This document shows positions 53,371 to 64,000 of a stretch of 64,000 nt of DNA, one piece after another (positions within the stretch are counted from its first letter, which is position 1; each line of letters starts with the position of its first letter). Where the stretch lies: NCBI GenBank assembly GCA_001949185.1, contig BDGG01000002.1, positions 5,198,448 through 5,262,447 of the forward strand, read 5' to 3'. The translations under genes and the position numbers were made by a program. Below the pieces are notes generated by a model. That model was not told the DNA's origin. It saw only the letters and a program-made list of their open reading frames with translations, and ran no database searches. Source of the DNA: Ramazzottius varieornatus. Lineage: Eukaryota; Animalia; Tardigrada.

Positions 53371-54009
53371 TCATTTCAGGTGATGAAATAAATCCTTAGC
53401 TACCTACAACGACACGGAAAGGTAAAAGTTAACTCTGAACACAGGGAAGGGAAAGTACAGTATGTAGACTGGTTATATACTGCAGCTGCAGCTGACAAGT
53501 GAGACTTTTAGTGAGAACTTACGCAGTGGTCAACACAGTGAAATAAATCCACAACTTCTTCATGGCAGTTCTCCGAAGTCTTTATCCGACTTCGAACACG
53601 CTCGTTGCATTCGTCCAAACGTGCAGCTAACTTCGAACAGTCTGCTTTAGCACGGCATTTCTCTCTTAGGACAGTCTGGGGATCCTGAAACGACACGGTG
53701 GACAGAATACTAAGAACGGCAATGCAGCCAGGGCGACACACGAGAATGCAACTGAGGTTTTTGTAGGCTTACCACCAACTCTCCTTCCTCATCGCCATCT
53801 CCGTGTGCCGGTGGTGTATCCTGTAAAGACATACACATGAGTGAAGCAGAAGAAGCAAAAGGAGCATGCTAGTAACTTCGCTCATACACATGAGCGAAGC
53901 AGAAGAAGCAAAAGAAGCATGCTAGTATCTTAGGCAAGCGCCAGCTCCATCCGCGCACCGCCATAATCCACGTGCAAACACTTACCTTAACGGGGTCAGC
54001 GTTTCCCAT
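53371..54009 (-). CDS. UQCRH: Cytochrome b-c1 complex hinge subunit (UQCRH/QCR6)
   Basis: Four exons: MGNADPVK / DTPPAHGDGDEEGELV / DPQTVLREKC...LDECNERVRSRIKTSENCHEEVVDLFHCVDHC / VAKDLFHHLK*. Confidence 0.93.
53830..53927. repeat. Two-copy tandem duplication (~45 bp, period 53) in UQCRH intron 1
   Basis: catacacatgagtgaagcagaagaagcaaaaggagcatgctagta versus catacacatgagcgaagcagaagaagcaaaagaagcatgctagta. Confidence 0.85.
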
Positions 54010-54704
54010 GATGCTCCTTTAGGGTTCCCAAAGCTAAAGATATGAACGCTCGTGCGCAGTGCCCGACTACTTCGATGGACGGGATGAGTAGGAATAAGGA
54101 TGTTTCGGAAATAGAATGCAAAACAAAATTCAAGTCCAAAAAGACAAATAACCCAAAAACCCTGCTGGCCACTCCTTCCCCTAGCAGGCTAGCACACCGG
54201 AACCGGACCGGGACCGGGACCGGGGGTTACGAAGGTCACCTCCGGGGATGTTTTCACCCTCACTAGCAGTAGGGAAATTGCGAACTTTCGACAGTTGTCC
54301 TTGTCCGCTCTTTCGAACAGAACAATCCATCCCTGGACCTTGAAGATTCGCACCAGAATCCTATGAGGAAGTCGCCGCGTTGTTGGGAATACATCCGGAT
54401 ACACCTGGCCGTCTAGGAAGCGGAGAGATATCAAGAAGAAAGCTGTTACGAAGGCGCTGGGAGAGGAGTGGGTCCGAATGTTTTTGTCTTTGTTGATTGT
54501 TCGCTGGACCATTCTCCCTTGTTTCGTCATGCCCGGATTCGGACGCTTGAGATAGCGGATTACCCAACCTGATTCGTGTTTCCATCTTGGAACTACCATC
54601 ACCAGAAGGTAAATGGAAAACCGATTTGGTAGGACACAGCAGGCAATTAGCTCAATTTGTCTATGGAATTATGTCTGCTTCTCGTAGGCCGTAGCGTCTT
54701 CGAA

Positions 54705-57700
54705 ATGGACGAAAACAGCGATTGGGACATGACCAAAGAGAATATCCGGCCCATACGTCAAGGACGAGCTGCTGAGTCTGCATCGTTTGCCGAGATAGTC
54801 GATCCAAAGCATTCCACCGATCTAAAGCAGAAGAGAGCCGAGCTAGAAGCGGCCATCGAGTCGTATCAAGGGGATGATCCGTTGGCCAACTGGATAACCC
54901 TGATCGACTGGATCGAGTCGGTTTACCCCAAAGGTGGTGCTCAAGCCGGCCTCACTCAAGTGCTCAAAAAGTGTGCGAACAAGTTCTTCAACGAGGGGAA
55001 ACGCTCCAAAAGATACTTCGACGATCCGCGTTTTCTCAGAGTATGGATCAAGCTGGCTTCTCACGGCGACGCTATAAAGACGTACCAGTTCATGTCTTCC
55101 CACGAGGTAACTTCAGTTTTGCACAGATCGTAGCTTCGAGTTTCTAATACGACCGATTTTACTTTTCCAGCTTGGTCACCTGCGGTCGGAAATGTACATC
55201 GAATGGGCAAGAGAGCTGGAAAGCAAGAACAACATTGCCGAAGCGGAAAAAGTGTTGGAGCGAGGTTTGAGTTTCTGCGCGAGTGACGCAGAGCACAAAG
55301 CCAAGCTGGAGCACGCAAGACGGCTCATCTTCGATCGTAATGCTCGAAACCTGTTCGAATCAAACATTACAGAGGCTCTCGCAACCGAAGAAGACCGAAA
55401 CATGCTTGGGGGACTCCGGCCTGTGGGTAGAGAGAAGAAGACCGCACCGATCAACCGGATCGGCGATAGCAAAATCCGTATGTCAAAATCGTGTGAATCG
55501 TTTCAGTGATATCACCACCTCTTCCACCGTTTCTTTGTAGTATCGAAGCCGGTAGTTTCTTCGCGTCAAACAAAGGTCCAGACCGCCCAGATTTCCATCC
55601 ACTCCACAGAGAATGGACCTTCTCCATCAGCTGATCCCGCACCAGCGCGATCTCCTCCACCAACAGAACTTCCGTTCCTTCTCACCGAACCAGACCGCGA
55701 GAACCTTGTTAGTGCTGTCAAGTTGGCAAAGAGTGCAGCGAACTCAGTCCGAAAACCCCAACAAGCGGCGTCTTCGACACATCTGGGTTTCCAGATCTTG
55801 GCTGACCCCGAAGAGCCGATTCCTTCCGATCATCTTGCAGAACCAAAGGTAGTTTGTCACCTCTATTGGAGATGAACTGGTCGACCCATATAAAAATAAA
55901 TCAACTGGTCAACTGGAAAAGATTCAGCTGGTAGATCCATAAGAGAATTCGTCGAATTTAGGTCTTCTAGGTCTTCTGCTATCTTTTAGGTTATTAAACG
56001 TCCTCTGGCTTATCGTAAATCAGACAAAGAGTCTCCAGCCGCCACGTCAGTTGCGGAAGTACCAGTTGAGAACCTGTGGGACGTTGAGAAATATAACGAT
56101 CCTTCTCCCTCCACTCGGCAACCTTCGAGTCAAGAAGATGACAGAAAAGGAACTGGACAACCTGCTCCTCCACCGTCGACGACGACGATGTTCGCGTGGC
56201 ACTACCAGCTCTTCCTGTCGGGTGCCGATGAGTACACCTTCGAAGAGAACTTGGCCAAGCGAGTGCGGAAGAAGCGTCAAGCAGAAGCAGCAGCTCGTGA
56301 GAAGCAGGTGGAGCAGAACATTGAAGAGAAGGAGCGTCTGCTCGACGAGAAACTACGAGAAGCCGAGGCAGAGCGTCAAGCTGCTGTTGAACTGCGTGAA
56401 AGTTTGGAACGTGAAGTAAAGTCCGCTGAAGAAGTAAGAATGAAAGCCGAGAGTCTGTGGAATGATGCAGAAGAGAAGCTGAGCGTGGCTGAGGAGATCA
56501 GGAACAATGCGGAAACAGCGCAGAGAGAGGCAGAAGCTCTGCGAGAAGAAGCGGAGCAGGCTCGAGCTGAAGCGCAGAGGCTTCAACAAGTGGCCAGTGA
56601 GGAACGCGCGAATTCAGAAACGATGCTGCAGGAAGCTAAGGATCTGCGGGAGAGGGTAAGGGAAGAGCGGGAGCTGTGCGCGAAGATGCGGACTGAAGCT
56701 GAAGAAATGAACAGAACCGTCGAAGACGACTTGCTTTTGTGCGAAAGCATCCTGCAGGTATAGTATTACATCGCAGTTACCTTATTTAAAGCTGGAGAAC
56801 GAACCATGAGATGAACGCATGAAATGAACCGGGAGTTAATAATGTAGAATATTTTCTCAGATCGCCAGCTCCTGCTTGACATCGCTGAAGGCCGATGTGG
56901 AGGACGAAGACGTGAACCTCGTGGTGGGTCTTGACAATTTCTTGTCTCGACTACAGCGGAAACTAGGTAGTGTGGCGGCTGAGGAGCATAAAAGCACGGG
57001 AATCGCCTCCGTCAACATGATGCTGGTCGTGCTCGAGGAACTACGGGAGTCGCTGATGGTGAAGTACGCCCAAGAACCCTCCTCGACAGAAGAGTTTGCA
57101 AAAAACGAGAATCTCCTCGGTAGTCCACTGGCTCGCGACCTGGGGGAAAATTTCGGAAATGGAGCTGCGCTATCCTTCAGAGCACCGCGCGAAGAAACCG
57201 GGGTACTTCATAAGCTTTTTTCCAGAATCGATTAAATTGTAACGCTAGAGTCGATCAAGCACCTGCATACATGGATTCGGGTACTCAAGCTAGCAGAAAT
57301 GTATGCAAACAGTAACTCACCTTGTTATTTTAGAATGCGTCATGTTCGTGGCAGTCCTCGCAACCAGTGAGCATCTTGCCTGAATCACAGCGAAAAGCTA
57401 CGAATTCAAAGATTTACGCCATGTGGAACCAGTCGGTGGTGGGTGATGTCTCCCGGGAAAAGAGCGCTGCAGAAAACTGGCCTTTGCCTGACCCCGAAGA
57501 ACCGCAATACTTGGAACCAGTTCGTCAAGCGATTGCACTAAAGAGAAAAAACGTCAAGAGTCTCCAGACCAGTGCGGCGGCAGACCCAGAAAATGCAAAC
57601 TACAGCGTGGTATGGATTTTCCCAATAAATTTCTGCTGGGAGATACGTAGATTTCTTAAGAAACTAAACAGGCTACAACGCTACCAAGGAGTCTGTCTCA

Positions 57701-60672
57701 GTCATGTTTTCGACTGTTTTGTAGAATATGGAAACTTCAGTAGAGGAGGATCAGCTAATCGCGAACCCAGTCAAAGTCGAACAGCCCGTCTTCCAGATAT
57801 TTCGCGACAAGTCAGTAGAGGACGGCTCTTCGGTGCGAACGACCATTCATCCCTCAATCCAGAAGCCTTCTCCGGTCACTCAGGTACCCGCGTTCGCAAT
57901 ATTCCAGGATCTCTCTTCGATCCGCCACGAAAAGTCGTTCGTCCCGAAGGATCCTTCCGTTTTGTGCCTGTCGGTTTCTCAAGACTCCTTTCCAAGTGAA
58001 ATACCTACTGAAAACACGACAGAAGATCAGCCGTCGATACCTAGTACGAATAACGAGTTCGCCGAACCAATTTCGGAAATATCGAGTTACGACACCCAAC
58101 CTCCAGAAAGCCCTTCCCAGGCTTGGAGAGAAACCGGCGATAACATGCCGGCACATCTTAACGAACCAGAAGGTGCTAAAGCAACATAAACAGCTAAAAT
58201 TTCCTCTGAACTGCAAATTATTGCCTGGATGAAACGTTTCTATTTGGTAGGCATACGTGAAAGTCGCTCTCCAGAGATTTCAGCAGTCTCGAGAAAGAGT
58301 CTCTCACCGGAAGTTCCAAGCACCCAAAATAACACCGCACCTTCGCTGGAAACCAACGTTCCGATACCCCAGCTTGATGCAACAAGTCCGCTCTCCAGTC
58401 AAGAGTCCAACTACACTTGCGCGCCGACGCAACCACTGAGTGCTCCCACCTTCTTCACGGCTAACTGCAGCAACCTCGAAGGACGAGTAAAAGCGCTTTC
58501 TCTCTCGGCGATGTCCGGCGCCATGGAATACCAGAAGGTCAACGAGTTCGCTGAAGAAACTTCGCACGAAGAGGAAGTTGATGCGAGTGAAGTCTTCAAC
58601 AAGACGACCTTCCACGAACCTGGAACTTCCTATACTACCGCTCGTGCAGTGGATGTGAGAGCAACGGAGCGGTCAGTCCTTGAGGTTCAGGAATCCACTG
58701 CTGAAATGGACAACAAGCAAAAAATCGAAGGGACGAAGGACTACATGAAAGAAGACGTGGAGATGGAAGAAAAGCAGCAGGACGATGACGGGGAGAAGGA
58801 AACAGAGAATGGAGTGCAGGAAGACGCGGTAGAAGATGAAAGCATGGCTTACCTTGAACGGCAGGGTCACTTTGCGATGATGCAGGATGAGTTTAACCAA
58901 ACGAGGAAAAGCTTCGGGTTCGCTGAGCAAACCTTTCAGATCGGTAAGAGTTTTCCTGATTCACTTCAGCACTAGTGCTATTTCATCCGCTGATTTGCTT
59001 TCGTTCGTTCGTTCAGGTTCGGAAACACAGTTTGTCAGTGCCGTAAACCAGCGTTACACATCGACACCGAGGGCTCCGGTGATGGCTTTCGATGAGGAAG
59101 ACGATGAAGAACAGATCGACAACGGACAGTTCCGACGACGGCCCCAACCACGTCCGTCCTACGTAGCTTCCCACTACAAGCAAGAGCTGAGTCCTATCGT
59201 CGAACGGAGTCGAGAGAACAAGACTTCGTCGAGCAGCGGTAGCAGTGGTACCGCTACTCATCTCCGTTTCAGCAAGAAGAGCACCATCAACTGTAGTCCG
59301 CTGAAAGAACACGACGAAGCCCACCCGATCGACCCATACAGCCTCGAAACTGTGGCAGGAATGAAAGACCGGATTTTTCGCATGCTAGACGAGGATGACA
59401 ACGTGCAGAGGATTACTGACGAGCAGAGAGTCAAAGAGAAAATGGAGAAAATCGAACCGAAAGTAGTCATCAAGCTGGCTGGCCAGAAGTACAAAATTGG
59501 GGAAGCTTTAGGCGACGGAAACTATGCCGTGGTGTATTCACTCCATCACCGAAGTAATTCCAGCATCTCTTGGGCTATGAAGGTAAAAACCCAATTATGA
59601 GGAGGAAGCTTGGCAAACATAAACTTGACAAGGTCGATCCTTTTAAGTGGCGCACGCCTTCGGCCAGTAACCCTGACAGCGTGCGCCACCTGGAAACGCA
59701 ATCTTGTCGGATTTTTCAAGTGGCGCATGCGTTCAGCCAATTAAAATTCAGTCGTGCGCCACATCGGGAAAACGATTTTCGCGAGTTTGTTTGTTGAGCT
59801 CTTATATGACTCTGAACGGTCGTTTCTTACAGGTACAGAAATCTCACGGATGGTGGGATTACTACATTCACTCCACGATCCTCCGCAGAGTCCACGAACT
59901 GCCAGAAGGCGAACTATACCTCCAGTATATCATCAGAGCCATTTCCTTCCATCAGTTTGAAGACGGCATGACCCTCACGCTTCTTCCTCTCTTCGAAGAA
60001 GGCCACTTGGTGACGTTAATCAACCGCTTCCAGAAAAGCCCAGAGAAGACCTTACCGGAGCTCTTGGCCATGAAGCTAAGTATCGATATTCTTCGAGCAG
60101 TCGAAGGCCTCCACGCAGTCAATATCATTCACGGCGACATTAAAGCCGATAACTTCCTGGTCCAAGATTCTAAGGGTTTGATCTCAGACAAAGTTCAGAC
60201 CATAGAGGACTTGTTAGCTCTTCCCACGCTCGTCCTGACAGATTTCGGTTGCGGTATTGACGTGTCTTTGTTCAGTCCTACTGTTACATTCTCCACTGTG
60301 AAGAAGGGTAAGACTACTTCCGGGTACGAGATTCTCAGCTCGAAGCCCTGGACATACCAGATTGACCTGCTGGGCATCCTGGACGTGATGCACTGCCTGC
60401 TTTTCGGCGACTACATGAAGCTGCACGAGCAAGCCGGCATTTGGAGGATCTCAAAGAGTTTCAAGCGGTCGTGGTCGGGTATTTGGCAGAGAACCTTCCA
60501 GCGACTGTTGAATATCGAGTCGTGTGACGATATTCCTTGCCTGACGGAGCTGCGCAAAGAGTTCGAGCATGAAGCGCGGACGCACTTCAAGAGCTCGGAA
60601 GTTCCAAAGCTTTTGCGTAATGCTCGTGTCTCGTTGTTTATGCAGCGAAAAAGCTGCTTTATCCAGAACTAG
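54705..60672 (+). CDS. BUB1: Spindle checkpoint protein MADBUB (BUB1/BUBR1)
   Basis: KEN box WDMTKENIRPIRQGR, TPR domain (GDDPLANW, RYFDDPRFLRVWIK), GLEBS-like EYTFEENLA, LSPIVE, kinase LGDGNYAVVY / AMKV / IIHGDIKADNFL / LTDFG / KPWTYQIDLLG. Confidence 0.92.
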
Positions 60673-60814
60673 TCCATTATCTTCTTCATCCGTTTATTTA
60701 CGAGTTTTGAATATATCGCGTCTTTTCAGACAAGTTATTGCGAGTCTGAAGTGTTTTCAGTGTTTCAAGGACTGCAAGTTGGGGGTACAGTAATTCAATA
60801 CTAAATTATCATGG

Positions 60815-62627
60815 CTATCTTACTGAGTTTTCGTGAGCTTGTTTCAAGTATTTAAAGACAGTTTCAATGATGAGCTTTTTCTCTTTCCAGTCCAGTTGAG
60901 AAATGTCCTCGTGATCGGGAATTTCAGCTGGGGAATAGCGTTGTGACTGTGCCTTGAGCCTGGTGGTCCGGAGAGCTTGAAGCGGAAGTCGCTTGTCCTC
61001 AGCGTACCACGTAAGCATGAGCTGTGTTTCGTGCCGCTTTCCTCCCTGCATTTCTTTCTGCCGTGAATTCTTTGTGCCTTTTTCTTGTGCTTCAACCAGC
61101 GCATTGACCACGAAACGCTCGACCAAGCTGGATTCGAGTGATGCGGTACGAATGCTTTTTTTCATCTGCTTGATCTCTTGCTTGATTTCACGATTTTTCG
61201 CCTTCCACAGAGACACGTCATGACGGCGATCGAAGAAGCTTTCTTTCAAGCTTGATTGGACCTTGCTAGCATCTATCGTTAGCCTAATTGACACTTTATT
61301 GTCTGTTTCCAAGTTTGCTGTTGCTTGCTTGAGTTTCCGCAACTGTTTCTTTGTTCTTCCTAGCTCGCGAACCCTTGCCTCGCATGCTGATACCTATTTT
61401 AACCCATATTTGAACTACCCCGGCATTTGTAAGATACTTTAAACTGTCAGCCTACTAACGAAGCAAGACTCGCAAACCGGCCACACCAAACTTGGCTTGT
61501 GTTGGGGTGGCCGATTTGAACGTTATGCCCCGTAGCCAAATCTTTCACGTAACATCGATGAAGAAAAACTAGTCTTGTTCTTACCACAGAATCTTGCTCA
61601 ACGATACAGTCTTGCAACAGCTGATTGAGCTGTTCGACATCGTCGCGGTTCTTTCGGACTTCCGCGCACAACCAACGAAAGAGACCTGCCAGACCGGCTG
61701 TCTGCTCGCTCAGTTCTTCACTCTGCCGAGCGATGTTAGCCTTGGCAGCCATGAAGCCTTGCTGAGCCATTTCTTCCAGAGCAGCCTGCAAATCTTCTTG
61801 GTTCTTCCGCTGGGCTTTCCGGCGTTTCTCGTCGGCAGCCATGACGGCTCGCCGATGCTGTTTCTCATTTTCGTAAATGCCGTTCCGCAGTTCTTCGATC
61901 GATAGATGCATACTGTCTCGATCTTCTTCCAGTTTCCGGAGCTCAATGTGCTCCAGAGTTAGGGCGTACAAAACAGCTTCCCGCTCTGGAAAAAGCCTTC
62001 AGGTTCACTGCAACATCAAAATTTCTCTCTTCAGGCTGTTCTCCCTATAGGGCAGTAGAATATTCGATGGGTTTTACCCGCGATCTGCTTCTCGTAGTCG
62101 GTAACCATCCTCCTGTGGTGATCTTCCTTGTCACGGACTAGCCCATTTGTTATCGTCTGAGCTTTCCTGTACTCGCTCTCCAGCTCCTGAGCACGACTGT
62201 ACAGTTTAAGACTCGCGTCATGGAGGAACTTCATGGCTTCGTTGACATTATCCTGGTTTGAGTTCAGAAGCTTTTCGTACAGCTGGTTGAGGTCCTGCAA
62301 CCTGTCTCCGGTGTCGGTTGCTTCCTGCAGCTCCCCTTCAGTTTCCTTGTACCTCTTCTCCCATAACTCGTCCTCCTCAGCTGCCATTATGTCCGCCTGT
62401 CTGATGTCTTGGACCTTCATGTCCGCATTGTCCAAGACAACAGTGGGCATTATGAGACCGACCGAGAAAACGGTGCGAATATGACCCGGAAGTGGATCCA
62501 ACAGCTCTACTGGTTGGACTTCCATCCATGGATCGGCACCGTATGGGTAGCTGGGCATGACGTCATAGTGGGGAACTTTCTTGCCCTTCTTCTTTCCCTT
62601 CTTGGACTTTCGCTTCTTTTTGGCCAT
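60815..62627 (-). CDS. Coiled-coil protein with Lys-rich N-terminus, resembling ciliary BBOF1/CFAP157-like proteins
   Basis: MAKKKRKSKKGKKKGKK followed by three long coiled-coil exons and a C-terminal LDWKEKKLII; the family assignment is tentative. Confidence 0.55.
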
Positions 62628-63665
62628 GGCCCAGTTCTTTAATCAGTTCATCAAAAAACTTTGTGTTAGGAAATTTAAATCGAAGCCGTGGAACACAAGT
62701 ACAGTGGAAACAACGGTACACGACGACGGGTGAGCTGGCAGTCTTTTTGTCAGGGACCTGTTGCTGGGTTTCTAATATAACAGTTACATACGGCCCTATG
62801 GATTTAGGACGGTGGACCTTTCGTACGAGAGTAAACTATCGTTTGCTGCAGCGCGCTACGGTCTGCGGTCAAACCGGAATCCGACCACCGGAATTTGCTC
62901 GGGTGCGTTGGACATTACGTGTCGTACATCCGAATGTATTTCGTCATATTTTATCGTTCGTATCCTTATAAGGAGAACGAGTGGCATTCCATTTGTAAAA
63001 AGCCCCGCGCGTAAAATGACCGTCAACTTGACCGCCGAAATGCTTTACAATTGTCGGACATGGTCGACGAGATGACACAATAAGTCAACAAAGTAACTCA
63101 TGTAGGTCCATATCGATATGCATTGGACTGGGAAATATGCATTTGGTGGTTCTTGGTGTCATGTTGACAGAGCTTGTAGCGCATATATAAGCCCATAAGA
63201 CAAATTTAATCCACACTTGAATTAATTTTCCTGCATGAAGATGAGCGTGGACGATTAAGACGTTTCAAGCTATCGAGCAGGTACCTCAACGACCCAACCC
63301 ATTAGGTCGCTCGCGCTGAGAAGGTTTGATTAGCGGATCTTAACGCCTCCTGAACTCTTGATCTCTGCCACTTGTATCCTGCTCTGCAGCGCTACGTGGT
63401 AGTCAAAGTATAAGAGGGCTGTTCCCGCCTTGTCTTGTCTAAAGCCGCCAGCCGATTGTTGTCTCGAGGATACGTATATCATGTCGACATTGTGGTCAAT
63501 CAGGATGGCAAAGCCATAATTTTCATGGTTTATTAAACTCTTCATCTTTCTGGTCATACCTCCGAAAAGTACCTAAATCTCTGCTACACTTGCCGGACTA
63601 CACTTGAGGACTTCCTCGGAGAAAACACCAGAGCTCGCATTCCCGTTTTTAAATTCTACACCAAC

Positions 63666-64000
63666 ATGGAGATAAGAAACTGCATATTCTCCCTGATCTT
63701 CAGTCTTGTACTTTGTATCACTCCCGCATTTGCAAATTATGGAGGCGGCGGAGGAGGATATGGTGGTGGCGGTGGAAGTTATGGAGGAGGTGGTGGCGGA
63801 TACGGCGGAGGTGGTGGGGGACTTGGTATGAGTTCGACAGGACATTTATAACATTCACTCACACAAACTCACGTTTACGAAACATTCCAGCCTATCATAT
63901 TTCTTCAGTTTCATCGCGCAAAGCTGTTTCTTGCAGGCGGCTTGGGAGGACTAGGAGGACTGGGAGGATTCGGTGGACTAGGCGCGTTCGGGGGACTGGG
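63666..64000 (+). CDS. Secreted glycine-rich protein (cuticle/structural type), runs off window
   Basis: Signal MEIRNCIFSLIFSLVLCITPAFA, four YGGGGG(G/S) units, intron 63826-63936, then GGLGGLGGLGGFGGLGAFGGLG. Confidence 0.8.

Noticed and set aside
54196-54226. Short (ccggga)n run between the divergent UQCRH and BUB1 starts
   Set aside because: There are only about four degenerate units; it could be a promoter element but the sequence alone does not support a call.

Overview
Gene-dense eukaryotic DNA with many short (about 55-100 nt) GT-AG introns. It is almost certainly from the tardigrade Ramazzottius varieornatus, because four exons at 2613-3583 splice to a 236-aa protein that matches my recollection of the anhydrobiosis protein MAHS. 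About 20 protein-coding genes are present: UNC93/MFSD11-like, MAHS, COQ8/ADCK3, cathepsin F, PPWD1, COX8-like, two paralogous secreted repeat proteins (one fused to an ACE-like domain), TBL1, SPATA5-like AAA ATPase, GK5-like, receptor guanylate cyclase, makorin, Rab GDI, UQCRH, MADBUB/BUB1, a Gly-rich secreted protein and several unknowns. There is also a degenerate two-gene PIF/Harbinger element and several MITE-like repeats. The main finding is that the COQ8 kinase gene has no start codon or targeting sequence of its own. It is joined in frame to MAHS by a 62-nt intron that contains the MAHS stop codon, so MAHS looks like the intron-retained (or proteolytically released) N-terminal extension of COQ8. 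The second finding is a predicted catalytically dead ACE, with all three zinc ligands lost, fused to a four-repeat domain I do not recognise that also occurs as a stand-alone neighbouring paralog. All exon structures and protein identities were derived by eye and from memory, with no database search.
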